Virus record (IMG/VR): IMGVR_UViG_3300010206_000003
Span: 1-31,303 of that record
Length of the DNA stretch: 31,303 bases
DNA from: a virus
Taxonomy: Duplodnaviria > Caudoviricetes
Strand: one strand, 5' to 3'
The translations under genes and the position numbers were made by a program. Numbering within the stretch: position 1 is the stretch's first letter; each line of letters opens with the position of its first letter. The notes under the pieces were generated by a model, which made no database searches, was not told where the DNA came from, and saw only the letters and a list, made by a program, of their open reading frames with translations. Shown piece by piece: positions 15,137 through 23,942 of this stretch.

Positions 15137-15432
15137 GCGATTATCTCAAGACCATCGGGCGGCATCGGCGCCTCGCGATCCTGCGCCATCTGGAGGCGAT
15201 TCCGGAATACACCGGCAATGCCTCGATCCTGCAGGACGTGCTCAAGGGGCTCGGCCTCGCCTCGTCGCGCGACCAGATCGTGACCGAACTGGCGTGGCTG
15301 CGCGAGCAGGGCTTCGTGACCTTCGACCCCTCGGCGGATTTCGTGGTGGTGACAGCGACGGCCCGCGGTGTCGATATCGCGCGCGGCCTTGCCACCCATC
15401 CCGAAATTCAGCGCCCCAGCCCGCGGGTCTGA
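15133..15432 (+). CDS. Mu gp26-like winged-helix protein
   Basis: RRLAILRHL...SRDQIVTELAWLREQG...TARGVDIARG...P.P. Confidence 0.82.
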   Translation: MSDYLKTIGRHRRLAILRHLEAIPEYTGNASILQDVLKGLGLASSRDQIVTELAWLREQGFVTFDPSADFVVVTATARGVDIARGLATHPEIQRPSPRV

Positions 15433-15433
15433 C

Positions 15434-15973
15434 ATGCCGCCGCCCCGCAAAATCGATCTGTTGCCGCAAGAGCTGCGCGCGTGGCTGCAGGAAGAGCTGC
15501 GCGCCCGTGGCTTCGGCCAATACGAAGAGCTGGCCGAGGCGCTGAATTTTCGGCTGGAAGCAGCCGGGCTCGACCTGCGGATCCGCAAGTCGGCCATCCA
15601 TGCTTGGGGCTCCGAATATCAGGAGTTCGTCCAGCTGCAGGAACAGGCGTCCGACTGGGCCAAGGAATGGCTCGGCGACATGGGCATGCAAGACCAGGCG
15701 CAGCGCCAGAACGTGCTGTTCCAGATGCTGACCACGCTCGCATTCAAGGTCATGCAGGCCGAGGTGACGAAAGAGGGTGCCGAGATCAGCCCGCAGAACC
15801 TGCACTTCCTCGCCCGGATGATGAAGGACGTGATGTCGTCGTCTGGCATCGTTCAGGCGATGCAGGAGAAGGAGAAGAAGGCACAGGCGGCCAAGCTCGA
15901 CGCCGCCGTGACGACGGGCGACATCGACGCCGAAGCGGCCGAGAAGGCACGGCGCATTCTGGGGTTCGCGTGA
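15434..15973 (+). CDS. Mu gp27-like (DUF3486) probable terminase small subunit
   Basis: KIDLLPQELR.WL...KSAIH.WG motif; C-terminal RRILG. Confidence 0.82.
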   Translation: MPPPRKIDLLPQELRAWLQEELRARGFGQYEELAEALNFRLEAAGLDLRIRKSAIHAWGSEYQEFVQLQEQASDWAKEWLGDMGMQDQAQRQNVLFQMLTTLAFKVMQAEVTKEGAEISPQNLHFLARMMKDVMSSSGIVQAMQEKEKKAQAAKLDAAVTTGDIDAEAAEKARRILGFA

Positions 15974-16104
15974 TGTCGCTTTGGGACAATCTCTGCATCC
16001 ACGCCTGCTACCACTGGTGGAACCCGATCGGCCTCATCCTGCTCGACGACTGGGTCGATGAGGTTTGGCGCGGCCTCGGGCCGGACTATCCGGGGTGGCG
16101 ATGA
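15973..16104 (+). CDS. Trp-rich micro-protein, 43 aa
   Basis: MSLWDNLCIHACYHWWNPIGLILLDDWVDEVWRGLGPDYPGWR*; overlaps both neighbours. Confidence 0.55.
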   Translation: MSLWDNLCIHACYHWWNPIGLILLDDWVDEVWRGLGPDYPGWR

Positions 16105-16328
16105 TGGCAGGGCTCACGACGATCGCTGCGGTGCGTCGCCGGAGGAAAGAACGCGTGGTGCCCTCCCATCCGCTGGATGTGCTCGAACCGGTGCAGATCA
16201 CCTCGGAGCTGCTGAACATCGGCTACTCGCCCCGCACCGCCGCAAATGCGGCAGAGATCGCATATTCCGTCGCGGCGTCGCTGCGCACAGGGCGCGCTGT
16301 GCCGCCGCGCTGGGGTTGGGGTGACTGA
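16101..16328 (+). CDS. Hypothetical protein, 75 aa
   Basis: ATGA and TGATG overlaps with both neighbours. Confidence 0.55.
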   Translation: MMAGLTTIAAVRRRRKERVVPSHPLDVLEPVQITSELLNIGYSPRTAANAAEIAYSVAASLRTGRAVPPRWGWGD

Positions 16329-16996
16329 TGGCTGACGACGTGAAGCGCAAGATCGCCGCCCTTTTGGGAATGACCAAGGCCCGCGGTTGCTCAGAGGCCG
16401 AGGCCATGGCCGCTGCCGAGAAGGCGGCGCAGCTGATGCGAGAGCATGGGCTGACCGAAGCCGATGTCCTATTCGGAAAAGCGTCGGCGAAGTCGAAAAC
16501 GAACGGCAATGGTGCGCGTGATCTCCTTTGGGGAACGCTGGCGCGGAATACCAACACCGCGCTGATTTTCGAGTTCGGCCGCGCGACATTCGTCGGCGCC
16601 GGGCCCGGCCCAGAAATTGCGGCCTATCTCTTCACGGTGCTCGGCCGAGCCATCGACGGCGCCATTTCCGAATACAAGGGCGCGCCAAATTATCGTCGGC
16701 GCAAGTCGACAGACAGCAAGCGTCGGGCCGTCCAAGATTTCACACACGCCATGGTGCGCCGCCTGCAGGTGAAACTGGATGCGCTGTTTGTGGATGTCCG
16801 ATCGTCGGAGGCGCGCGCGCTCGCCGTGTCGGCGCGGGACCAGATGTTTCCGGGTGGGACACCGGTTAGAGGCCCTGCGCCCGCCAAATTGCGCAACAGC
16901 AAGGCGATGCTCGCGGGTATTGCAGCCGGTGAGCGGGTCGAGCTTTCGCATGGCGTTTCCGGAGAACAGGCGGAAAGGCTGCGTTTGGGACAATGA
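16328..16996 (+). CDS. DUF2786-domain protein
   Basis: N-terminal KIAALL......SEAEAMAAAEKAAQLMREHGL motif. Confidence 0.8.
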   Translation: MADDVKRKIAALLGMTKARGCSEAEAMAAAEKAAQLMREHGLTEADVLFGKASAKSKTNGNGARDLLWGTLARNTNTALIFEFGRATFVGAGPGPEIAAYLFTVLGRAIDGAISEYKGAPNYRRRKSTDSKRRAVQDFTHAMVRRLQVKLDALFVDVRSSEARALAVSARDQMFPGGTPVRGPAPAKLRNSKAMLAGIAAGERVELSHGVSGEQAERLRLGQ

Positions 16997-18417
16997 GCGC
17001 CATCAACCCGATCTCGCCCGTCGTGCAGTTCCTGCCCTACCAGCGGGCGTGGATCGCCGACGACAGCCGCTTCAAGATCGGCATGTTCTCGCGCCAGACC
17101 GGCAAGACCTTCAGCACTTGCGGCGAATGCGTCGATGATTGCTTCACCGCCTGGAAGGACGATCGCAAGACGCGTTGGGTGATCCTGTCGCGCGGCGAGC
17201 GGCAGGCGGCCGAGGCGATGACCGAGGTGATCAAGCCGTTCACGAAGGCCTTTTACGAGGTCTACAATACCCTCGTGAAAGGGGGTGAACCCCGCTTTGA
17301 AGAGGGCGAGTTTCGCGCGCCCCAGGAGCGCGGGCCGGACGCCGTCTATAAGGCGCTCGAAGTCGCTTTCCCGAACGGCTCGCGTATCACGGCACTGCCC
17401 GCGAACCCCGACACCGCCCGCGGCTTTTCCGCGAACGTGATCCTGGACGAATTCGCCTTCCACGCCAAATCGCGCGAGATCTGGGCGGCGCTCTTCCCGG
17501 TGATCTCGAAGGGGCGGCAGAAGCTGCGGGTGATTTCGACGCCGAACGGTAAGGGCAACAAGTTCTACGAGCTGATGACGGCCGAGGGCTCGGTCTGGTC
17601 GCGCCACATCGTCGATATCTACGAGGCGGTGCGGCAAGGTCTTGACCGTGACATCGACATGCTGCGCGCCGGGATGGCGGACGAGGATGCCTGGGCGCAG
17701 GAATACGAGCTGAAGTGGCTCGACGAGGCCAGCGCCTGGCTCGATTACGACCTGATCTCGGCGTGTGAAAGCGAGAGCGCGGGCATCCCCGGGCTTTACA
17801 TGGGCGGACCGTGCTTCGTTGGCGTCGATATCGCGGCGCGCAACGACCTTTTCGTGATCTGGGTGATGGAGCTGGTCGGCGATGTGCTGGTGACCCGCGA
17901 GGTGATCGCACGCCGCCGGATCTCGTTTGCCGAACAAGACGCGCTGCTCGATGACGTGATGAACCGCTATCGCGTCGTGCGCGTCCGGATGGACCAGACC
18001 GGCATGGGCGAAAAGCCGGTCGAAGATGCGAAGCGTCGCCACGGGCAGCTGCGCGTCGAAGGCATCCTGTTCTCGTCCGCGGCCAAGCTCGACATGGCGA
18101 CGGCGCTCAAGGAGAGCATGCAGGATCGCAAGACCCGCCTTCCGGCCGGGGATCCGGTGCTGCGCGCCGATCTGCATTCGGTCAAGAGCCAGGTGGGGAT
18201 CAGCGGCACACGACGGCTGGTGGCGGATGGCGAAAGCGACGGCCACGCCGACCGCTTCTGGGCGGCGGCGCTGGCCTGTTCGGCCGCGGATGGGGGAGAG
18301 CCGACTTACAGCTATCGGCCGGTGACGCAGGCCGAAACCACGGGGCAAGGGCTTGGCTTTGGCAGCGCCGAAGGCTGGCGCCGCCCGCTCGGGGCGCGTC
18401 TGCGCGGGCGGTTGTGA
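16993..18417 (+). CDS. terL: Terminase large subunit (Mu gp28-like)
   Basis: FLPYQ..W, SRQTGKT Walker A, VILDEFAF Walker B, ISTPNG, VGVDIA, DQTGMG and HADRFWA motifs. Confidence 0.95.
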   Translation: MSAINPISPVVQFLPYQRAWIADDSRFKIGMFSRQTGKTFSTCGECVDDCFTAWKDDRKTRWVILSRGERQAAEAMTEVIKPFTKAFYEVYNTLVKGGEPRFEEGEFRAPQERGPDAVYKALEVAFPNGSRITALPANPDTARGFSANVILDEFAFHAKSREIWAALFPVISKGRQKLRVISTPNGKGNKFYELMTAEGSVWSRHIVDIYEAVRQGLDRDIDMLRAGMADEDAWAQEYELKWLDEASAWLDYDLISACESESAGIPGLYMGGPCFVGVDIAARNDLFVIWVMELVGDVLVTREVIARRRISFAEQDALLDDVMNRYRVVRVRMDQTGMGEKPVEDAKRRHGQLRVEGILFSSAAKLDMATALKESMQDRKTRLPAGDPVLRADLHSVKSQVGISGTRRLVADGESDGHADRFWAAALACSAADGGEPTYSYRPVTQAETTGQGLGFGSAEGWRRPLGARLRGRL

Positions 18418-18434
18418 TGAAGGGAGAAAAGGCC

Positions 18435-20063
18435 ATGGCGCGTGTTCTGGGGCCTGACGGACAGCCCGTCGATCCGGTGAAGCTGAAGTCCGAAATCGCG
18501 GGCGCGAAGATCGCCACGGTGCGATCGCCGCTCTCGTCCTATCCGGCGGATGGGCTGGAGCCGGTGCGGCTGGCCAATATCCTGCGCGAGGCGGATGCAG
18601 GGCATCCGGTGCGGCAGCTCGAACTCTACGAGGCGATCGAGGAACGTGACCCCCATTACATCGGCGTGCTCGGCACCCGGCGCCGGTCGGTCAGCCAGAT
18701 CCCGATCACGATCGAGGCGGCCTCGGACAGCCCCGAGGACGAGGCCCGGGCGCAGATGGTGCGCGACTGGCTGGCACGGGACGAGCTGACCGAGGAGGTC
18801 TTCGACATCCTCGATTGCATCGGCAAGGGCTACAGCTTCACCGAAATCGTCTGGGACACCTCCGAGGGGCAGTGGATGCCCGCGAAGCTCGAATGGCGTG
18901 ACCCCCGCTGGTTTCGGTTTGATCGGCTCGCGCTCAAGACGCCGATGCTGATCACCGGGTCGCTGGCCGAAGAACCGCTGCCCTGGGGCAAGTTCATCTT
19001 TGCGAAGATCGCGGCCAAGTCCGGTTTGACGCTGCGCTCCGGCCTGACCCGCGTCGCGGCCTGGGGCTACATGTACAAGATGTTCACCCAGAAGGACTGG
19101 GCCATCTTCACGCAGAACTATGGCCAGCCCATCCGCGTCGGGCGGTTTTCGCCGGATGCCACCGAAGAGCAGCAAGACACGCTTTACCGGGCGGTCGCGA
19201 ATATTGCCGGGGACTGCGGCGCCATCATCCCTGAAGACATGCGGATCGACTTCATCGAATCGGGGAACCTTGGGGCAGCGGCCGGGCTCTACAAGGAGCG
19301 TGCCGACTGGCTCGACCAGCAGATCTCGAAAGCCGTGCTCGGGCAAACCGCGACGACAGATGCGGTGGTCGGCGGGCTCGGCTCGGGCAAGGAGCACCGC
19401 GCCGTTCAAAAGGACATTGAAACGGCGGATGCAAAGGCCCTGGCGGCGATCCTGAACCGCGATTTGATCCGGCCGTGGATGCAGCTCAACTTCGGGCCGC
19501 TCAAGCGCTATCCGCGTCTGAAGATCGAGCAGCCGGAACAGGAAGACCTCAAGGCGATGTCCGAGGCGATCGTGCCGCTGATCGATCGCGGGTTGGAGGT
19601 TGACCAGGCCACGATCATGGGCAAGTTCGGCCTGCCCGAACCGAAACCGGGGGCGAAACTGCTGCGGCCGCAGTCCGGTGCGCCGGTCTCGCCAGGCGGA
19701 AGCCCGCCACCAGCGCCGTTGAACGGTCAAAACGCGGTTTTTGAACGGTCTGCGCCCCCCGCGGGGATCACGGCAGCCCTGCAAGCGGAAGGCGCCTCCA
19801 CGGCGCAGCCACGCGAGGGGTCGAATGACGCCGCCTCGGCGCTTGGCGACCGGGCCGCGATCGAGGCGCAAGCGCCGATGGAAGCGATGCTGGGCCAGAT
19901 CGAGGCGATGCTTCAGGCCTCGGACAGTCTGGAGGAATTTCGGTCGATGTTGCTGGCCGCGTTCCCGAAGCTCGACAGCGGTCCGCTGGCCGGTGTGCTG
20001 GCCCAGGCGTTGACAGTAGCGAATGCGACCGGACGGGCGGATGTCGAGGCCGAGAATGGCTGA
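18435..20063 (+). CDS. Portal protein (Mu gp29 / DUF935)
   Basis: IEERDPHY..VL.TR, W..F...YGQP.R.GR and ISKAVLGQT.TT motifs. Confidence 0.92.
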   Translation: MARVLGPDGQPVDPVKLKSEIAGAKIATVRSPLSSYPADGLEPVRLANILREADAGHPVRQLELYEAIEERDPHYIGVLGTRRRSVSQIPITIEAASDSPEDEARAQMVRDWLARDELTEEVFDILDCIGKGYSFTEIVWDTSEGQWMPAKLEWRDPRWFRFDRLALKTPMLITGSLAEEPLPWGKFIFAKIAAKSGLTLRSGLTRVAAWGYMYKMFTQKDWAIFTQNYGQPIRVGRFSPDATEEQQDTLYRAVANIAGDCGAIIPEDMRIDFIESGNLGAAAGLYKERADWLDQQISKAVLGQTATTDAVVGGLGSGKEHRAVQKDIETADAKALAAILNRDLIRPWMQLNFGPLKRYPRLKIEQPEQEDLKAMSEAIVPLIDRGLEVDQATIMGKFGLPEPKPGAKLLRPQSGAPVSPGGSPPPAPLNGQNAVFERSAPPAGITAALQAEGASTAQPREGSNDAASALGDRAAIEAQAPMEAMLGQIEAMLQASDSLEEFRSMLLAAFPKLDSGPLAGVLAQALTVANATGRADVEAENG

Positions 20064-21540
20064 GGTCGGCGCCAGCTTCGGCAAGCCGTTCGATCTGCAG
20101 CTTGCCGCGCTGCGGCTGCGACTGGCCAACCAGGTCGGTACCGCCGCCTGGGACGATCTGGTGAAAGCGCAGCATGATCGCGCCTTTGTCGTGGCCGGGG
20201 CGATGAAGGCGGACTTGCTGGCGGATCTGGCAGGCGCGGTCGAGAAGTCGATCGCCCAGGGTACGACGCTGGAGGAGTTCCGGCGCGATTTTCGCAACAT
20301 CGTCGAGACGCATGGTTGGCATGGCTGGACCGGCGAGGGAAGCGCCAAGGGCGAGGCGTGGCGAACCAAGGTCATCTACCGCACCAACATGGCCACGAGC
20401 TATGCGGCTGGGCGGTGGGCTCAGCTGATGTCGATGCCCTATCTGATCTATCGCCACGGCAATGCCCGCGAGCCGCGGTTGCAGCATCTCGCCTGGGACG
20501 GTCTGGTGCTGCCGCGCGATCACCCGTTCTGGAAGACCCATGCCCCCGTCAACGATTGGGGCTGCACCTGCTATCTGTCAGGGGCCAGATCCCCGGAGGC
20601 CGCGCGGCGGCGCGGTGGTGATCCGGACAAGGCCTTGCCAGCTGGATGGGATGCGATCGATCCGCGCACCGGCGCCCCGATCGGGATCGGCAAGGGATGG
20701 GACTACGCGCCCGGGGCGTCGGTCGCGCAGGAACTGGCGGGGATTGTCGAGAAGAAAGCCACTACGCTGCCCGCGCAGATCGCGACCGACTTCAAGAACA
20801 GCGTGACCTCGATCGTGCAGGCTGGCCCCGATCCGGCAGCCCAAAGCCCGAAAACGCCGGATGAGGCGATTGCACGCGGCAAGGGTGTGCTGTCCGCGCT
20901 GGTTGCGGCATCGCCCGAAATGGAGGCCGCTTGGTCAGTTGGAAATTACGCACATGCCGCCCCGGCCTTGCAGGCGGCCGTAATGACCGAACTGCGGCGG
21001 GTGCGGTCTGTCGGACAGGCGCGCATCGCGCTTGTCCCCGGAACGCGAAAACCTGCGGCCACCGTGATGCAGGGGGTTGCCGATGTCATGCCGACGGATT
21101 GGGTAGCCGCTGCGAGCGCGGCGCCCTTGAAGGTTCGGATCTCGACGAAGCGCGGCTATTACATGCCGAGTGGCGCAGATCGGCCCGCCGAGATCGCGAC
21201 CAGTGAATCCAGTACGGCGGTGCATGAATATCTCCACCATCTGCAGGCAAAGCTGCCGGGCCTTGATGCCTTGTTTCAGGAGCTGCATCGCGTTCGCACT
21301 GCGGGCGAGCCACGGGTCTCGATCGGACATCGCGAGTGGGCGCGTGTCGATCACTATTACAACACCTATCAGGGCCGCGAATATGGCGGCGCGAATTCGG
21401 CGCTCGAAGTGCTGACGATGGCGCTGCAGCCCATCCTCGGATCTGATCTGAAAGCGCTCCGCATGCTGAAAGAAATGATGGAGCACGACCGCGAGATGCT
21501 TGAATTGGCGCTCGGAGTGCTTTTCTATTGGAAGGTGTGA
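20056..21540 (+). CDS. MuF (gp30-like) head morphogenesis protein with C-terminal HExxH extension
   Basis: AFVVAGA, IYRTNMATSYAAGRW, PR..H..WDG..LP.DHPFW..H.P.N.WGC.C and GWDYAPG; then ~270 extra residues containing HEYLH (21223-21237). Confidence 0.9.
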   Translation: MAEVGASFGKPFDLQLAALRLRLANQVGTAAWDDLVKAQHDRAFVVAGAMKADLLADLAGAVEKSIAQGTTLEEFRRDFRNIVETHGWHGWTGEGSAKGEAWRTKVIYRTNMATSYAAGRWAQLMSMPYLIYRHGNAREPRLQHLAWDGLVLPRDHPFWKTHAPVNDWGCTCYLSGARSPEAARRRGGDPDKALPAGWDAIDPRTGAPIGIGKGWDYAPGASVAQELAGIVEKKATTLPAQIATDFKNSVTSIVQAGPDPAAQSPKTPDEAIARGKGVLSALVAASPEMEAAWSVGNYAHAAPALQAAVMTELRRVRSVGQARIALVPGTRKPAATVMQGVADVMPTDWVAAASAAPLKVRISTKRGYYMPSGADRPAEIATSESSTAVHEYLHHLQAKLPGLDALFQELHRVRTAGEPRVSIGHREWARVDHYYNTYQGREYGGANSALEVLTMALQPILGSDLKALRMLKEMMEHDREMLELALGVLFYWKV

Positions 21541-21547
21541 GGATCAG

Positions 21548-21880
21548 ATGTCAAACACCCGCGTCATAGCCGTTGATGCACACCCGGGCCGCACTGGCCG
21601 GATGGAGTTTGATATCGATTTTTCGACCGGAGAGATCACAGGTTTTAATGTGGTCGGTGTCGGCGAAGGCTATTGCAGATCGATCCTGGCGGACTTCGCT
21701 GCGCATCCCGACGCCCCAGCGTCATTTCCTTGGCAACAGGACTATGACGCCCCCGATCCGTTGCGAAACCCGAAATCCTTGGCATGGCAACTGATGGCCA
21801 TCGGCTGGACGCTTGAGGGTGAGCTGGCGAAATATTCGGCGCCTGAGCCTGATCCTTTGCCCGACGGCGCGCTGTCGTGA
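21548..21880 (+). CDS. Small acidic protein, candidate immunity protein for the MuF extension, 110 aa
   Basis: SD GAGGA; lies between MuF and G where Mu has no gene; function inferred from position only. Confidence 0.7.
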   Translation: MSNTRVIAVDAHPGRTGRMEFDIDFSTGEITGFNVVGVGEGYCRSILADFAAHPDAPASFPWQQDYDAPDPLRNPKSLAWQLMAIGWTLEGELAKYSAPEPDPLPDGALS

Positions 21881-22332
21881 TCACCATCGAATTCCAGGAT
21901 GGCGCCGTGCTGGCTGGCATCGACCGGCTGCAGGAGCAGCTGGGCGACATGACCGCTTTCATGGATGACCTCGGCGAGCTGCTGGTGGCCTCGACCAAGG
22001 CGCGATTTCCTGCAGGCACGGCGCCTGATGGCACGGCTTGGGCGCAGAACTCGCCCGTTACGCTTGCGCGCAAATCCGACCACCGCCCGCTTTTTGGGAC
22101 ATCTGGCAGCTTGAACAGCCAGATCTTCGCGACGACCGGGGCTGATTTCGTGCGGGTCGGCTCGAACCGCGTGCAGGCTGCGATGATGCAGTTCGGCGGC
22201 TCGAAGTCGGTCTATGCCCACCTTTGGGGCGACATCCCGGCGCGGCCCTATCTGGGCCTCTCGGACGAGGACAAAGAAAACATCCTGGCCGAGACCAGAG
22301 ATTGGCTGTCGGGCGCGTTTTCCGGCGATTGA
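21877..22332 (+). CDS. Virion morphogenesis protein (Mu gpG-like)
   Basis: RF....APDG..W...SP.T, VGSN...AA..QFGG and IPARPYLGLS motifs. Confidence 0.9.
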   Translation: MITIEFQDGAVLAGIDRLQEQLGDMTAFMDDLGELLVASTKARFPAGTAPDGTAWAQNSPVTLARKSDHRPLFGTSGSLNSQIFATTGADFVRVGSNRVQAAMMQFGGSKSVYAHLWGDIPARPYLGLSDEDKENILAETRDWLSGAFSGD

Positions 22333-22382
22333 CAGACGCCCCCTTGCCCGCGCAGGCTGTGCGTGACCTGGCAGATCTGACT

Positions 22383-22431
22383 ACCCCGCAAGGTGTTGCG
22401 GATTATTTGCCCGCCTCGCAGCCGTCATGAT
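22383..22431 (+). promoter_or_regulatory. Late promoter 2 with palindromic activator site
   Basis: CCGCAA-GGTG-TTGCGG at 22386-22401 upstream of the protease gene, equivalent to the position of Mu PI. Confidence 0.72.
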
Positions 22432-22437
22432 GGCCCC

Positions 22438-23538
22438 ATGACGCACAAACCCTCCACCTCCCTCGCGCTCTGCGCTGCCCAGCCGCTCCCCGAAGGGGAT
22501 GCGCCGGACTGGGTGCATCTGCTGCCCTCCGCTGGCGGCACGATCGGCACCCACGATGGCCGCGGCCCGTATCGGGTCACTGACCCGGCCGCGATCATCG
22601 CCGCATCGCTGCAGGCCGATGCGCGTGACGCTGGTGGCCTGATCGTTGATGAAAACCATGCGGCAGATCTGGCTGCCCCCCTCGGCCTGCCGTCGCCTGC
22701 GCGCGGACGCATCGTCTCTATGGAGGCCCGCCCCGACGGTGTCTGGGGGCAGGTCGAATGGAGCCCGGCGGGTATCGCGCTGCTTGCCGAGCGGGCCTAT
22801 CGCGGGATCTCGCCCGTCATCATCTATGCCGCTGACGGCACGGTGCGCCGGATCGCCCGGGCCTCCCTGGTCAATTACCCCAACCTGCGCGGCCTCGTCG
22901 CGCTCAACTCGGAGTCCGACATGGATCTGACGAAACTGGCGCGTGCGCTCGGCCTGGCCGAAACCGCGACGCTCGAAGACATCATCGCGGCGGTCGAAGC
23001 CCTGACCGGGGCGAAAGGTGAGGGCGAAGGCGACATCGCCTTGCAGTCCGAGCTGGGCACGATCCTGGGCGTCGATGGCAACCGCGAGGCGCTGATCGCT
23101 GCCGCGCGCTTGGCGGTCTCGGGCAAGGACACGCTGATCGCGCTGCAGGCGCAGGTGACGGCGCAGGCGGCCGAACTGAAAGGCATCCGCGAAGCGGCGA
23201 CCCGCTCGGCGTCCGAGGCCTTCGTGGATGGTGAAATCGCCCGTAAGCGGGTCGGTCTGAACGCCGCGAACCGGGCCGAGTTCATCGCGCTGCACATGTC
23301 GCAGCCCGAGACGGCGCGCAAACTGATCGAAGGCATGCCGGTGGCGGGCGAGACCCACACCGCGCAGCTGCCGAGCGCGATCAAGACCGGCGGCGAGTTC
23401 CTGTCGCTGAACGCCGAACAGCAGGGGCGCGTGCTGCATGACAAGGCGAAAGCCTTCCAGACCGAACAGGCCGGGAAAGGCCTTTCGGTGAGCATGATCG
23501 ACGCCATCCAGCATGTGAAAAAGGAGATGCGGCTGTGA
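22438..23538 (+). CDS. Mu gpI-like prohead protease / scaffold
   Basis: DGRGPY, VDENH, PARG.I, VEW......L..R.YR.ISPV and SLVN.PNL motifs. Confidence 0.9.
   Translation: MTHKPSTSLALCAAQPLPEGDAPDWVHLLPSAGGTIGTHDGRGPYRVTDPAAIIAASLQADARDAGGLIVDENHAADLAAPLGLPSPARGRIVSMEARPDGVWGQVEWSPAGIALLAERAYRGISPVIIYAADGTVRRIARASLVNYPNLRGLVALNSESDMDLTKLARALGLAETATLEDIIAAVEALTGAKGEGEGDIALQSELGTILGVDGNREALIAAARLAVSGKDTLIALQAQVTAQAAELKGIREAATRSASEAFVDGEIARKRVGLNAANRAEFIALHMSQPETARKLIEGMPVAGETHTAQLPSAIKTGGEFLSLNAEQQGRVLHDKAKAFQTEQAGKGLSVSMIDAIQHVKKEMRL
22921..23538 (+). CDS. Probable internal in-frame scaffold protein (Mu Z-like)
   Basis: SD GGAG 6 nt before the in-frame ATG right after the protease domain; MDLTKLARALGL..A. 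Confidence 0.6.
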   Translation: MDLTKLARALGLAETATLEDIIAAVEALTGAKGEGEGDIALQSELGTILGVDGNREALIAAARLAVSGKDTLIALQAQVTAQAAELKGIREAATRSASEAFVDGEIARKRVGLNAANRAEFIALHMSQPETARKLIEGMPVAGETHTAQLPSAIKTGGEFLSLNAEQQGRVLHDKAKAFQTEQAGKGLSVSMIDAIQHVKKEMRL

Positions 23539-23918
23539 TCCCCACCTTGATCCGGGCCTATGAGGCCAGCGCCGCGATCGGCGCGTACAAGATCGCCAAG
23601 TTTTCCGACGCGGCGGCCAGCACCAAGATCGGCCCGGCCGCTGCCAATACCGATCCGGTGCTGGGCGTGACCGGCCAGTTCGGCGGTGCGGCGGGCGACA
23701 TGGTCGATGTCACGCAAAGCGGTATCGGTCAGGTCACGCTGGGCGGCACCGTCACCGCGGGCGCCGAGTTGACCGCGGATGCCAACAGCAACGCCATCGC
23801 CGCCGTGCCCACCGCCGGTGTCTTCATGTCCGTTGTCGGCAAGGCGCTCGCCCCCGGCGTTGCGGGCGACGTCATCGAAATTCTGGTCGGTCCGCGCGCG
23901 TTCTACCGCGGCGCCTGA
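23535..23918 (+). CDS. Capsid cement/decoration protein (DUF2190-like)
   Basis: Gly/Ala-rich beta protein (GDMVDV...G...V..GG.V..G..L..DA) immediately before the capsid gene. Confidence 0.8.
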   Translation: MIPTLIRAYEASAAIGAYKIAKFSDAAASTKIGPAAANTDPVLGVTGQFGGAAGDMVDVTQSGIGQVTLGGTVTAGAELTADANSNAIAAVPTAGVFMSVVGKALAPGVAGDVIEILVGPRAFYRGA

Positions 23919-23942
23919 TCCCCCAACAGTCAAGAGGTTCCC

